A stretch of 64,000 bases of DNA from an uncultured Nitrospiraceae bacterium. Lineage in GTDB: Bacteria > Nitrospirota > Nitrospiria > Nitrospirales > Nitrospiraceae. The notes beneath the pieces are model-generated. The model did no database searches and was not told where the DNA came from. It saw nothing but the letters and a program-made list of their open reading frames with translations. The position numbers were made by a program, and so were the translations under genes. Positions 1 through 9,938 of this stretch are shown in pieces; the stretch's first letter is position 1, and each line of letters opens with the position of its first letter. Where the stretch lies: NCBI GenBank assembly GCA_963706325.1, contig CAVPLT010000007.1, forward strand, positions 576,001 through 640,000, in the 5' to 3' direction.

Positions 1-2
1 AC

Positions 3-134
3 GGCATCGTGGTGCAGGTCATGGACAGTGTCAAGAAAGCCGGGATTGAAAAGCTCGGTATGGTGACGGAACCGACGGGTGCCGAGCGCGTGAGTGAGTC
101 GGTCACGACCCCCGCGCAACCACGCAAAAAGTAG
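3..134 (+). CDS. tolR: TolR/ExbD family protein, C-terminal part (truncated by window start)
   Basis: Manual translation GIVVQVMDSVKKAGIEKLGMVTEP...RKK* matches the ExbD/TolR C-terminal motif; lies directly upstream of tolA-tolB-pal. Confidence 0.85.
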   Translation, partial: GIVVQVMDSVKKAGIEKLGMVTEPTGAERVSESVTTPAQPRKK

Positions 135-139
135 CGGCG

Positions 140-1411
140 ATGCGGCTCGCTCGCCGCACGGTCATATCGCAAGTCATGACGTTCCAAGCCCTGCCAAGAC
201 ATAATTCGCTGTTCCTGATCGGGAATCTGGTTGAAGCGGGGAGCGGCCGTCTTCGTAAGACGGTCGTCATATCTCTGCTCCTGCATCTCTGTTTCCTGGC
301 CGTGATTATGGGTGCGAAGTTATTCAAAAAAACCGAACGTCCGATGTCGGCGGTGGAAGTGTCCCTGGTGAGTTTGCCCTCCATAGATACGAAGCCGGAG
401 CCAAAGGTTGAGAAAGTTGAGAAGGTGGTTCCGAGGCCGACACCCAAGCCAGTCCAATCGGCTCCAATTCCCGTACCTCCTAAGCCGGTGCAGGCGCCGC
501 CACCTCCACCGGTTCAGGCTGCTCCCACCGTGCGGCCCGTACCCCCTTCTCCCGCTCCTGTGCCGGCGCTTCGCTTGCCCGCTCCAACCTTGACTGCCCC
601 TCAGCCTATTCCCCAGGCGGCGAAGTCGCCCTCTTCTGCGCCTGTCACGAATCGCGCGGATGTCCTTCGGGATGTGATGAAGGATATCGAGTTGCCGCCG
701 GATGCTCCGCAATACGGTGACCTCGCACCTATGAAGCCTGCCGAGGTGAAACGATCTGCCCAGCCGAGACCGGAACGTACGCCAGAGCGGTCGGACTTCG
801 ATGCCATGCTAAAAAGACTCAAAGTTCCTGACATGGCCGCTGCGCCGGTGCCCGTCGAAGCCCCTCCAGTCGCTCCGAAACCGACCGTAGTTCCGCCGAA
901 ACACCCGTCGTTGTCGGAAGAAATGAACAGCGATCTCGACCGGGAACTGCAAGACTTGAAAAAGTTCCAAACGCTTCCTCCGGTGAAATATTCGGAGCCG
1001 GCGCGGGAAGTGAAACCGATGTTTCACGAGCCCCAGCCCACCGCGAGCCCGCCTTCGATACGGCGAGCATCGCCACGGCCAAAGCCCGACGACCACGTTA
1101 AAAGTTGATCGGAATGTTCCGGATCGAACCCGTATTGGGGCCGTGTGCAGGCGCGGATCGCGAGTTTCTGGAAACGCTCCGCCGGTGGAGATTCCGGAGA
1201 AAGCTGTACGTAGTGATCAAGTTTCGTTTGGAGCGGGATGGCAACAGTGGGTAGTATGCTTATTGAACAACGTCCGGGCAATGAGTATTACGACTGGCCG
1301 CCAAACGAGCCATACAGAGTGCGGTTCCACTGCCTCCCTTTCCTCCGGATCTGACTGATCACTTTTATGACGCTTATTTTACTTTTGTCTGTAGGTGAGG
1401 CAGCAGGATGA
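140..1411 (+). CDS. tolA: TolA/TonB family protein; C-terminal domain broken by multiple indels
   Basis: ORF 140-1108 has a TM anchor (SLLLHL) and a Pro-rich stalk. Pieces of the C-terminal domain (NPYWGRVQARIASFW, VVIKFRLERDG, GNEYYD, LAAKRAIQSAVPLPPFP, VGEAAG*) continue in alternating frames to a TGA at 1409-1411 that overlaps the tolB ATG. Confidence 0.8.
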
Positions 1412-2739
1412 ATCGGTTAATCATCGGTCTTATGTTAGCACTCTGTGTCGTGGTGGGAGCTGGGCTGTTAGGAATTCTTGATTCCCGCGCGACCGATGTG
1501 TTTCTCGAAGCCACCCGGCCGGACTTTCAGAAGATTCCCATCGGCGTGTTCGGCTTTCAGAACGGCGGAGGCCCGGAATGGTTGGGCGGGCGTATCGAAG
1601 AGGTCCTGAAGGCCGATTTGCAACGATCGCTGGTCTTTTCGCTGGTGGACTTGCCGGGGATCGGGGTCAAGGCGCGTGAAGTCACCACCGCCGATAAGGC
1701 CGTCTTCAAGCAGGCGGCCGAGAACGGTGTCTCGGTCTTGGTGTGGGGAAAGTCTGGCCCGAAGGGTGGCAACGCGGATTCCGAACTTTCGATGGATGGT
1801 TTTGTCTACGACAGCGGCAGTGACGAAGTCGTGGGCGGAAAACGGTATGTCGGCTCAACCTCTGTCGTGCGATTGATGGCCCACCGGTTTGCCGACGAGT
1901 TAGTGTTTCGCTATACAGGGGAGCCTGGCATCGCCCGCACGAAGATTGTGTATGTGGCGGAGCACGGGAATGCACGCGAACTCTTCGTGATGGACTATGA
2001 TGGGTATGAGCCGAAACAAATTACGGCGGATGGATTTCTCAATCTGATGCCGAGATGGTCGCCCGATCGCCGGTTCATCGTCTTTACGGCCTATCGGAGT
2101 CGGAACACGCAGGATATCGACATTCTGGAGCTGGCGACAGGCAAGCGCTGGACACTCGTTTCAATGGCGGGTCTAAATATCACCCCCGCCCTTTCGCCTG
2201 ATGGCAACTTTCTGGCGTTTGCCAGTAGTCAAGACGGTAATTCGGAGATCTATAAGCTAGACACGCGGACCAAGGCCTCGCATCGGCTGACAGTGAATCA
2301 GGGGGGCGACCTGTCGCCGACCTGGTCCCCCACGGGCCGGGAAATGGCGTTTACCTCCGACCGTGGCGGCGCCCCCCAGATATTTATTATGAGCGCGGAT
2401 GGCTCCAATGTGCGTCGACTGACCTATGAAGGCGATTACAATGCGGCCCCAACCTGGTCGCCGCGCGGAAACTGGATTGCCTACGTCTGTCGGACCTCGC
2501 AACGGTTGTACAAACTTTGTATCGTGTCGCCTGACGGACAAAAGCGCGTTCAAGTCACCACAGGGCCTGGGATCGACGATTCTCCATCCTGGTCCCCCGA
2601 TGGCCGGCACATCACATTCAGTTCAACGGTCGATGGAAAGAGCCACATTTACATGGTGGATACGGACGGGAAGAATTTAGAGCGCATTACGTTCGGCGGG
2701 ACTCACAATAGCTCGCCGTCGTGGTCTCCGGCGCTCTAG
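1408..2739 (+). CDS. tolB: Tol-Pal beta-propeller protein TolB
   Basis: TolB N-domain (AHRFADE) followed by repeated PD40 'P.WSPDG' motifs. Confidence 0.95.
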   Translation: MNRLIIGLMLALCVVVGAGLLGILDSRATDVFLEATRPDFQKIPIGVFGFQNGGGPEWLGGRIEEVLKADLQRSLVFSLVDLPGIGVKAREVTTADKAVFKQAAENGVSVLVWGKSGPKGGNADSELSMDGFVYDSGSDEVVGGKRYVGSTSVVRLMAHRFADELVFRYTGEPGIARTKIVYVAEHGNARELFVMDYDGYEPKQITADGFLNLMPRWSPDRRFIVFTAYRSRNTQDIDILELATGKRWTLVSMAGLNITPALSPDGNFLAFASSQDGNSEIYKLDTRTKASHRLTVNQGGDLSPTWSPTGREMAFTSDRGGAPQIFIMSADGSNVRRLTYEGDYNAAPTWSPRGNWIAYVCRTSQRLYKLCIVSPDGQKRVQVTTGPGIDDSPSWSPDGRHITFSSTVDGKSHIYMVDTDGKNLERITFGGTHNSSPSWSPAL

Positions 2740-2808
2740 GAATGATCGGCACATATCTGACGGTGTCTCCGATAAATTAACCAATCACCAGCCACGAGGA
2801 GTAACGAC

Positions 2809-3580
2809 ATGACGATACGGGTAGCGACAATGGGCCTAACAGTGGTCGTCGGGATGCTGTTGGTCATTCAAGGAGGTTGTTCAAAGAAGTCGATTCAGTC
2901 CGGCGGCGATGCGCAGTCTTCGGATCGCGGGATGGCGAAGTCGGGAGGTCCTGCTCCCAGCGCGATGGGTTCAATGGGATCAACCGGGTCAGCCGGTGGG
3001 AATGGCTTCGACGCGCCGAGCGCCACGTTCCCGGATCTCTCACTGTCAAGCAAGCCGCAGGATGAACCTGAGAGTGGCGGTTTGCGCGGATTTGATTCGG
3101 TATCGGGCGGGAAAGTCGCCATCAGAGGAACGCTTGGGAGGCGGAGGCACGATGCTCGCGAAGGTGGAGCCGTCGGAGAGCACCGCACGACAGATTGAAG
3201 ACATTCGCCGCGAGCAGGCGAAAGAACAAGCAGCCTCGGCGGAGGCCGGATTGAGCGATGTGTTTTTTGGCTACGACAGTTGGACCATCACCGAGGAAGG
3301 CCGGCACTCGCTGACGCAAGATGCGCAGTGGATTAAGGGGAATGCCGGAGCCCTGGTCAAAATCGAAGGTCATTGTGATGAGCGAGGCACCTTGGCCTAC
3401 AATTTAGTGTTGGGTGAAAAACGTGCCAAGGCCGTAAGAAACTATCTCGTCGAATTGGGTGTGGGCGCTAACCGCCTGGCCGTGGTGTCCTATGGAAAAG
3501 AACGACCGTTTTGTAACGAACGCAGCGAAAGCTGCTACCAACAGAATCGTCGTGGTCACGTGGTGGTCCGATCGAAATAA
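2809..3580 (+). CDS. pal: Peptidoglycan-associated lipoprotein Pal with long Gly/Ser linker; +1 frameshift near 3112-3114
   Basis: Lipobox (QGGC) in ORF 2809-3198 and OmpA-like domain (IEGHCDERGT..YNLVLGEKRA, SYGKERP, NRR) in ORF 2909-3580. Removing one A from GGGAAAG joins the two. Confidence 0.9.
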
Positions 3581-3645
3581 CTATTCGGATCATGGACGAT
3601 GTGACATGATTCTCCGGAACGGGCGCAGCTCAAGGGAGACTTGTC

Positions 3646-5340
3646 ATGGACTGTGCATGGAGACCTCGAACTAAGGTGAAGAGTGATCGGTTGAACATAG
3701 ACTCTGCAGGGTCAGGTGGTCACGGGCTCTGGCGCGCGGCTGTTCTGTCGGCGGTCGTCGGGCCTGGTCTCGCGCTGCTCTCAGGCTGCGTGGCGCAGCA
3801 GGCCGATCTCAAGCAGACCGAGCGTGAGCTCCAACGTCGCATCAAGCAAACGACGGAAGAGCAAGCCCAGAACCGGGCTCGACAAAATCAGGAGATCGTA
3901 TCCCTGCGCGAGCAAGACATTCCTTCCTTGCGAGGAGACGTCGATAAAGCCATCCATCGCACGCAGAGTTTGGAAGCGAAACAAGATGACTTGATGGCGA
4001 AGTTGGCCTCTCAAGATTCGAAGCTCAGCCAGCGAATGGGCGAGGGCGAGAAACGTTCACTCGAAGAGAGTAAGCGACTGGGGTGGGTCGAAAAGCAGTT
4101 GGTAGACCAAGATGCCATGCTCAAGGGAGAGCGAGACCGCAGCCGCTCCGAACTGGCTGCGACGACCTCTCGCATGGATCAAGTCGCCGCGCATATCGAC
4201 GCCGTTCAGAAAAACCTGTTGGACGCGGTGCAAAAGACCACGACCGGGCTTGCGCAAAAGATCGACTCGCGGTTGGACGACCAGCAGAAACGTCTGGACG
4301 AGCAGCAGAAGCTGGCGCATGCGCTTGAAACTCGCTCGCACAATGTGGCGCAGTTGGATGCTCAAAACAAGACGCTCGGGGATCAAGTGTCGAAGCTCAA
4401 TCAGGCATTGGTCGATTTTAAGCAAGCCTTGGGGAGCCTTGGCGAGCGTGTCGCGCAGCAGGACCAAACGGTGAAGCATCTCGCCGCGTCCGTGGACCAG
4501 GATACTACAGCCATAAGCAGACGCACGGATGCCTTGGCTGCGAAGATGGACGCCGATAATAAAGTCACGGCGGACCATCTCAACGAAGTCAACCGTAGTG
4601 TGACCTCGGTGGCGAAGGCGTTGGAGAATGCCGGTGGAAAGTTTGTGTCACGTGGTGATGATCAGGAACGCCGCCTCGATGAGACGACGCGCGAGCTGGC
4701 GCATGTTCAGGCCCAAATCCAAACTCTCGACAAGAACCTTGAAAATCAGCACGCGTTCCTGAAGCAGGTCGAACAACATCTCTCGACGCTTCGCGTCAAC
4801 GCCACGCAGCGGGCCGAACAGGCCTCAGCCGTGTCTGAAGTCGCGCCCCTTGCGCAAACGCATGCGATGCCTTCGCCGGAGCCGGCTCCGACGCAGACTC
4901 CGTCCAACGGCGGGGGGTTTCGTTCGGAGAGCCGTAGCGCTGCCTTACTGGCAGGAGATCGCGAATCCTACGAACGCACGCTGACTCGCTTTAAAGAAGG
5001 AGATCTGGACGGAGCCCGTCAGGGGTTTGCGGAGTTCCTCGTGCAACATCCCCATTCGGATCTGGCTCCCAATGCTCGGTTTTGGTTGGGCGAGTCCTAT
5101 TACGGCAAGAAGGATTACCCGCGTGCAATCGATGCCTACGATCAGGTGCAGCTGAATCATCCCGCCAGCGAAAAAGTGCCGGCTGCCCTCCTGAAAAAAG
5201 GATATGCGTACCTCGCGCTGAAAGATCGAAAGAGGGCGGCCTCGGCGCTGAAGCAAGTCATTGATCTGTATCCCAAGTCGCCTGAAGCCAATAAAGCGAT
5301 TGATAAGCTGAACCAATTAAAGGAGTCGCACGAACGATGA
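3646..5340 (+). CDS. cpoB: CpoB/YbgF-like lipoprotein with very long coiled coil and C-terminal TPRs
   Basis: Lipobox LLSGC, about 350 aa of heptad-rich sequence, YbgF TPR motifs (APNARFWLGESYY, KVPAALLK). The true start may be slightly downstream. Confidence 0.85.
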   Translation: MDCAWRPRTKVKSDRLNIDSAGSGGHGLWRAAVLSAVVGPGLALLSGCVAQQADLKQTERELQRRIKQTTEEQAQNRARQNQEIVSLREQDIPSLRGDVDKAIHRTQSLEAKQDDLMAKLASQDSKLSQRMGEGEKRSLEESKRLGWVEKQLVDQDAMLKGERDRSRSELAATTSRMDQVAAHIDAVQKNLLDAVQKTTTGLAQKIDSRLDDQQKRLDEQQKLAHALETRSHNVAQLDAQNKTLGDQVSKLNQALVDFKQALGSLGERVAQQDQTVKHLAASVDQDTTAISRRTDALAAKMDADNKVTADHLNEVNRSVTSVAKALENAGGKFVSRGDDQERRLDETTRELAHVQAQIQTLDKNLENQHAFLKQVEQHLSTLRVNATQRAEQASAVSEVAPLAQTHAMPSPEPAPTQTPSNGGGFRSESRSAALLAGDRESYERTLTRFKEGDLDGARQGFAEFLVQHPHSDLAPNARFWLGESYYGKKDYPRAIDAYDQVQLNHPASEKVPAALLKKGYAYLALKDRKRAASALKQVIDLYPKSPEANKAIDKLNQLKESHER

Positions 5341-6116
5341 AGTTCCCATGCGTGATGTCATTGCAGCTGGGCGCAGGGCTCGCCTGTGGTCTTCTTCTCG
5401 CAGGCTGTGCGAAACATGCCGATTTTTTAGAGATTCGTGAGCAGATGACGATCATTGCGAAGACACAGGACCAGGAGCAGAAGCGATTCGAGGCCATGCA
5501 GCGCCGGTTGGAATCACTTGAACGAGTTCGTGAGCCTGAAGGAGGCAAGCTGCGGCTTGATGATGCGCAGGCTCGACTTCAGAAGTTAGAAGGGCGTCTC
5601 GCGAAAATGGAGGAAGCACAACTCGCGCAATCGGCATCCATGCGTTCGGACCTCGCGATCGCCGAAGCAACTCGCCAAGCGCGCGCGACGAAGCCGGCCG
5701 GGCCGCTCGATCTGCCGTCGATTGTACCGGGTGTGCCGTCCATTACCCCGACTTCGGCCTTCAACTTGGCGTACAATGACTATCTCAACGGCAAGTTTGA
5801 CCTCGCCGTCAGCGGCTTCCAGCGTTTCATCAAGGACTTTCCCTCGACCTCGCTCACACCGAACGCGCATTATTGGCTGGGTGAGTCGTATTACGGCTTG
5901 AAGGATTATATCCGAGCGATACAGTCATTCGAGCATGTCGTGAATGAGTACGCGGGAAACGAAAAGGTGCCTGCGGCTCTCTTCAAGCTGGGCTTGTCAG
6001 CGGCGGAGACCGGGGATACGGCGAAATCCCGAAAGTATCTCAAGCGGGTCATTGAGGAATATTCCACCTCAGACGAAGCGAAACTCGCGAAGACGAAGAT
6101 GGCCGAAATTCGATGA
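5337..6116 (+). CDS. cpoB: Second CpoB/YbgF-like lipoprotein
   Basis: Lipobox LLAGC, short coiled coil, TPNAHYWLGESYY and KVPAALFKLG motifs. Confidence 0.88.
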   Translation: MKFPCVMSLQLGAGLACGLLLAGCAKHADFLEIREQMTIIAKTQDQEQKRFEAMQRRLESLERVREPEGGKLRLDDAQARLQKLEGRLAKMEEAQLAQSASMRSDLAIAEATRQARATKPAGPLDLPSIVPGVPSITPTSAFNLAYNDYLNGKFDLAVSGFQRFIKDFPSTSLTPNAHYWLGESYYGLKDYIRAIQSFEHVVNEYAGNEKVPAALFKLGLSAAETGDTAKSRKYLKRVIEEYSTSDEAKLAKTKMAEIR

Positions 6117-6188
6117 CCCTGGATCCGTTGCCTCGTCTCCCCTCCACCGGTCCATCCTCCATCCACTCCGCAGGGGGCGTTTTCGCCG

Positions 6189-7988
6189 ATGGACACAGCC
6201 AGTAGTTTGGGAAAGATTCAAGTCCTTCCGCACGATGTCATCGGTCGGATTGCGGCAGGGGAGGTCGTTGAGCGCCCGGCTGCGGTCGTGAAGGAATTGG
6301 TTGAAAATAGCCTGGACGCGGGCAGTACCCTGATTACCGTCGAGATCAAAGACGGTGGCCTCGGATTGATTCGCATCACCGATGACGGCGAAGGCATGGT
6401 GCGCGCAGACGCCCGCCTGGCCTTCGAACGGCATGCTACCAGTAAATTGCAATCCGATCACGAGCTCAACGCCATCCGCACAATGGGGTTTCGCGGAGAG
6501 GCATTGCCGAGTATTGCGGCTGTTTCAAAAATCCGCCTGAAGACCGTGGCTCGCAACGAACAAGTGGGAACGCAGCTCTGCTTGACCGGAGGTACTCTCG
6601 ATCGAGTGGAGGATGCGGCGGCTATTCCCGGCACGTCGATTGAGGTCTCGGAGCTCTTCTACAACACGCCGGCTCGCAAGAAGTTTCTGAAGTCGACGAC
6701 GACCGAGTTCTCCCATATTAGTCATGCGGTGCAGCAGGCCGGGTTAGCTTGGCCGCAGGTGCATGTTCGCCTGGTTCACAATGGGTATGAGGTGTTCAAT
6801 TTTCCCGGCGTGTCCTCACATCGCGATCGCGTGTTACAGGTGTATCGCGCGGTATTCGGCGACCGAGCGTTGGTCGCAGAAGGCGAGCTCAATGGTCTGT
6901 CCGTCAAGGGGTTTATCATCGACCCGGTGCGGGCGCGAGCCGGCCGGGCCCCGCAGGATTTGTTCGTCAATCGCCGGCCGATCAAGAATGGTACTGTGCA
7001 ACATGCCGTCAATGATGGGTACAGTTCCTTCCTGGCCAAGGGTCATGTCCCGCTCTTTGTGCTGTTTCTTGATGTCGAGCCTCACCGGGTCGATGTCAAC
7101 GTGCATCCGGCCAAACGAGAGGTGCGATTTGCCGATGCGGAGCAGGTGCACCAGCTCGTTCGTTCGGCAGTGCGTCATGCGCTCGGTCGCGCTCAGGTGC
7201 AGGCCTCAATCGCTGGTTCCCTCCCTGCACAGGGGAACAGCCACGCTTCATCGGTCGTTCCTGCCTATCGAGAGGGCGGCGTCGTGCGCTTGGGCGGAGA
7301 ACGGGATCAATTGATCATCAGCTCGCAGGAGGCTGTTGGTTCCACAGCCTCTGCCGACAACCAGAGCTCCTTTGTCAGAGAGGCTACGCGTCCGTATGAC
7401 GCTTCCGTGCCGCCGCACATCGTGCCCCTGGGTCAGATGAGTCGCACGTTTTTGATCGTGCAGGTCGGAAATGAGCTCCAGGTGATCGACCAGCATACGG
7501 CACACGAACGGGTGTTGTTCGAACGGTTATGGCGAGGCTGGCAGGGTCGAAGCCTACCGTCACAGCCGTTGTTGTTGCCTGAGCCATTGGAGTTGCCGAT
7601 TCAACAGGCCCTCATTCTCCAGCGACACATGGCAGGATTGGAACGACTTGGTTTGCTGATCGAACCGTTCGGACCGTCGTCATTTCTGATCCGTAGCCTG
7701 CCGGTCATGTTGGGACATACGGATCTGGCCGCGCTTGTGCAGGATTTGATCGAAGATCTGGAGCAATGGGATTCCATCTCCTCGCTCGAATCCAAGGTGA
7801 AGCCTATTCTGGCGTCGCTAGCCTGCCACGGAGCGGTGCGCGCCGGCAGGTCAATGGCGCTCCCCGAGATCGAGCAATTGGTACAGGACTGGGTGGCGGA
7901 AGGCCTCATCATGACCTGTCCGCATGGCCGCCGAGTTGCCTTCCGTTTATCCGGCGATGAACTGGCTCGCATGTTCGACCGCGCGTAG
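6189..7988 (+). CDS. mutL: DNA mismatch repair endonuclease MutL
   Basis: IAAGEVVERP, GFRGEAL, DVNVHPAK, endonuclease motif DQHTAHER, CPHGR. Confidence 0.97.
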   Translation: MDTASSLGKIQVLPHDVIGRIAAGEVVERPAAVVKELVENSLDAGSTLITVEIKDGGLGLIRITDDGEGMVRADARLAFERHATSKLQSDHELNAIRTMGFRGEALPSIAAVSKIRLKTVARNEQVGTQLCLTGGTLDRVEDAAAIPGTSIEVSELFYNTPARKKFLKSTTTEFSHISHAVQQAGLAWPQVHVRLVHNGYEVFNFPGVSSHRDRVLQVYRAVFGDRALVAEGELNGLSVKGFIIDPVRARAGRAPQDLFVNRRPIKNGTVQHAVNDGYSSFLAKGHVPLFVLFLDVEPHRVDVNVHPAKREVRFADAEQVHQLVRSAVRHALGRAQVQASIAGSLPAQGNSHASSVVPAYREGGVVRLGGERDQLIISSQEAVGSTASADNQSSFVREATRPYDASVPPHIVPLGQMSRTFLIVQVGNELQVIDQHTAHERVLFERLWRGWQGRSLPSQPLLLPEPLELPIQQALILQRHMAGLERLGLLIEPFGPSSFLIRSLPVMLGHTDLAALVQDLIEDLEQWDSISSLESKVKPILASLACHGAVRAGRSMALPEIEQLVQDWVAEGLIMTCPHGRRVAFRLSGDELARMFDRA

Positions 7989-8007
7989 GGAGAGGGAGTG
8001 AAGCCCC

Positions 8008-9039
8008 GTGATCCAGATCTCAGAATTGGTCTTGGTTTCGCGGCCGCTTGTGGTACTGGTCGGTCCGACGGCGGTTGGGAAAAGCGCGATTGGACTTCAG
8101 CTCGCCCGTTCGCTGGACACGGAAATCTTGACTGCAGATTCGCGGCAAGTCTATCGCGGGATGGACGTGGCCACCGACAAACCCACATTGGAGCAGCGGG
8201 CAGGGGTGGCTCACCGGCTCATCGATGTGGTCGATCCGGATGAGTCCTTTAATGCGGGCGACTATCGCCGGCTTGCGCTGCAGGACATTGAACGGCTCTA
8301 TGGCGAACGCCGATTGCCTTTGGTCGTCGGTGGGACGGGCCTCTATGTTCGGACGCTGATCCATGGACTCTGCGATGCCCCGCCTGCCGACCAGGCCTAT
8401 CGCGCATCTTTGTTGGAGGCAGCGAAGACGCACGGACGGCATTTTCTCCACGGTGAACTGACGCGTATTGATCCCGAGTCGGCTGAGAGGCTTCATCCCC
8501 ATGACGAAGTCAAGATCATGCGAGCCCTTGAAGTGCATCACCTATCAGGGCGTCGCCTGTCTGAGATGCAGCGGCAGCATCGGTTTTCGGAGCGACCCTT
8601 CTCTTTACTCATGTTCGGTTTGATTCGGGATCGCGCCTGTCTCTACCGAAAAATCGATGAACGAGTAGATCAAATGTTTGATCGCGGCCTCGTAGAGGAA
8701 ACCGCCGGGCTGTTGGCCAAAGGCTATGGGCGGGAGCTAGGCGCCATGAAGGGGCTGGGGTATCGTCAGATTGCCGGTTATCTGGCCGGCGAATACGATC
8801 AGGCCGAAGCATGCCGCCTATTGAAGCGGGACACGAGGCACTTTGCGAAACGTCAGCTCACCTGGTTTCGGAAGGAGCCGGGCCTTCGCTGGTGGCCGCT
8901 TCACGCGCGAGACAGGCCGGACCTGGTGGCCGGGCGCCTTTTCGAAACAGTTCAAGCGTTTATAGGAGAGTTACATAACCGAGGGCCGGTGGCCGAGTCG
9001 CCGATGTCACTCACAATGGAAACGGAATCGACCGCATGA
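8008..9039 (+). CDS. miaA: tRNA dimethylallyltransferase
   Basis: GPTAVGKS, DSRQVYRGMD, VGGTGLY, AKRQLTWFR. Confidence 0.97.
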   Translation: MIQISELVLVSRPLVVLVGPTAVGKSAIGLQLARSLDTEILTADSRQVYRGMDVATDKPTLEQRAGVAHRLIDVVDPDESFNAGDYRRLALQDIERLYGERRLPLVVGGTGLYVRTLIHGLCDAPPADQAYRASLLEAAKTHGRHFLHGELTRIDPESAERLHPHDEVKIMRALEVHHLSGRRLSEMQRQHRFSERPFSLLMFGLIRDRACLYRKIDERVDQMFDRGLVEETAGLLAKGYGRELGAMKGLGYRQIAGYLAGEYDQAEACRLLKRDTRHFAKRQLTWFRKEPGLRWWPLHARDRPDLVAGRLFETVQAFIGELHNRGPVAESPMSLTMETESTA

Positions 9040-9935
9040 AAACATCGAAAAAAGCTGTCGAGCCCGCGATCGGCATCATCGGCGGCAGTGGATTGTACAA
9101 CATTGACGGGTTGAAAAAGGTTCGCGAGATGCGTGTCCGCACCCCATTCGGCGCGCCATCGGATGCGCTGGTCGTCGGCACCTTGGATGGTGTCAGGGTT
9201 GCATTTCTTTCCCGCCATGGACGTGGGCATCGGACCAATCCCAGCAGTATCAATTACCGCGCCAACATCTATGCATTGAAATCTGTCGGCGTGACGCAGG
9301 TGATCTCCGTCAGCGCGGTCGGCAGCATGAAGGAGTCGATCCACCCCGGGAACGTCGTGCTGCCTGATCAGTTCATCGATCTCACTAAACGCCGGATCTC
9401 GACCTTTTTCGATGAAGGCATCGTGGCGCATGTGGGGTTCGCTGAACCGGTCTGCCGATCATTGGCTGATGCGCTGGAACGGGCGGGGCGGTCAGCGGGA
9501 TCGAGTCTCCAGCGAGGCGGAACCTATGTGTGTATGGAAGGCCCGCAATTTTCGACCAAGGCCGAGTCGCGGCTGTATCGTCAGTGGGGGGTGGATGTGA
9601 TCGGCATGACCAACATGCCGGAGGCTAAACTCGCGCGCGAAGCGGAGCTCTGTTACGCGACGGTTGCGCTCGCGACGGACTATGACTGCTGGCATGAGAC
9701 GGAAGAAGCCGTGAACGTCGAAGCCATTCTCGCGACACTGCACAAGAACGTCGAGCTCGCCAAGCAGTTGCTCAAGGCTGTCGTGCCGGCGCTTGTGCCA
9801 GATCGGACCTGTCAGTGTCGCCAGGCGCTCAAGAACGCGCTGGTCACCGCTCCGGATCACATCCCGGCTTCGACGAAACGACGATTGAATCTATTAATCG
9901 CTCCCTACATGGGGAAGCGGAAAGAAAGCAGGTGA
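9036..9935 (+). CDS. mtnP: S-methyl-5'-thioadenosine phosphorylase
   Basis: GIIGGSG, RHGRGH, EGPQFSTKAES, GMTNMPEAKLARE, TDYDCW. Confidence 0.93.
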   Translation: MKTSKKAVEPAIGIIGGSGLYNIDGLKKVREMRVRTPFGAPSDALVVGTLDGVRVAFLSRHGRGHRTNPSSINYRANIYALKSVGVTQVISVSAVGSMKESIHPGNVVLPDQFIDLTKRRISTFFDEGIVAHVGFAEPVCRSLADALERAGRSAGSSLQRGGTYVCMEGPQFSTKAESRLYRQWGVDVIGMTNMPEAKLAREAELCYATVALATDYDCWHETEEAVNVEAILATLHKNVELAKQLLKAVVPALVPDRTCQCRQALKNALVTAPDHIPASTKRRLNLLIAPYMGKRKESR

Positions 9936-9938
9936 GGC

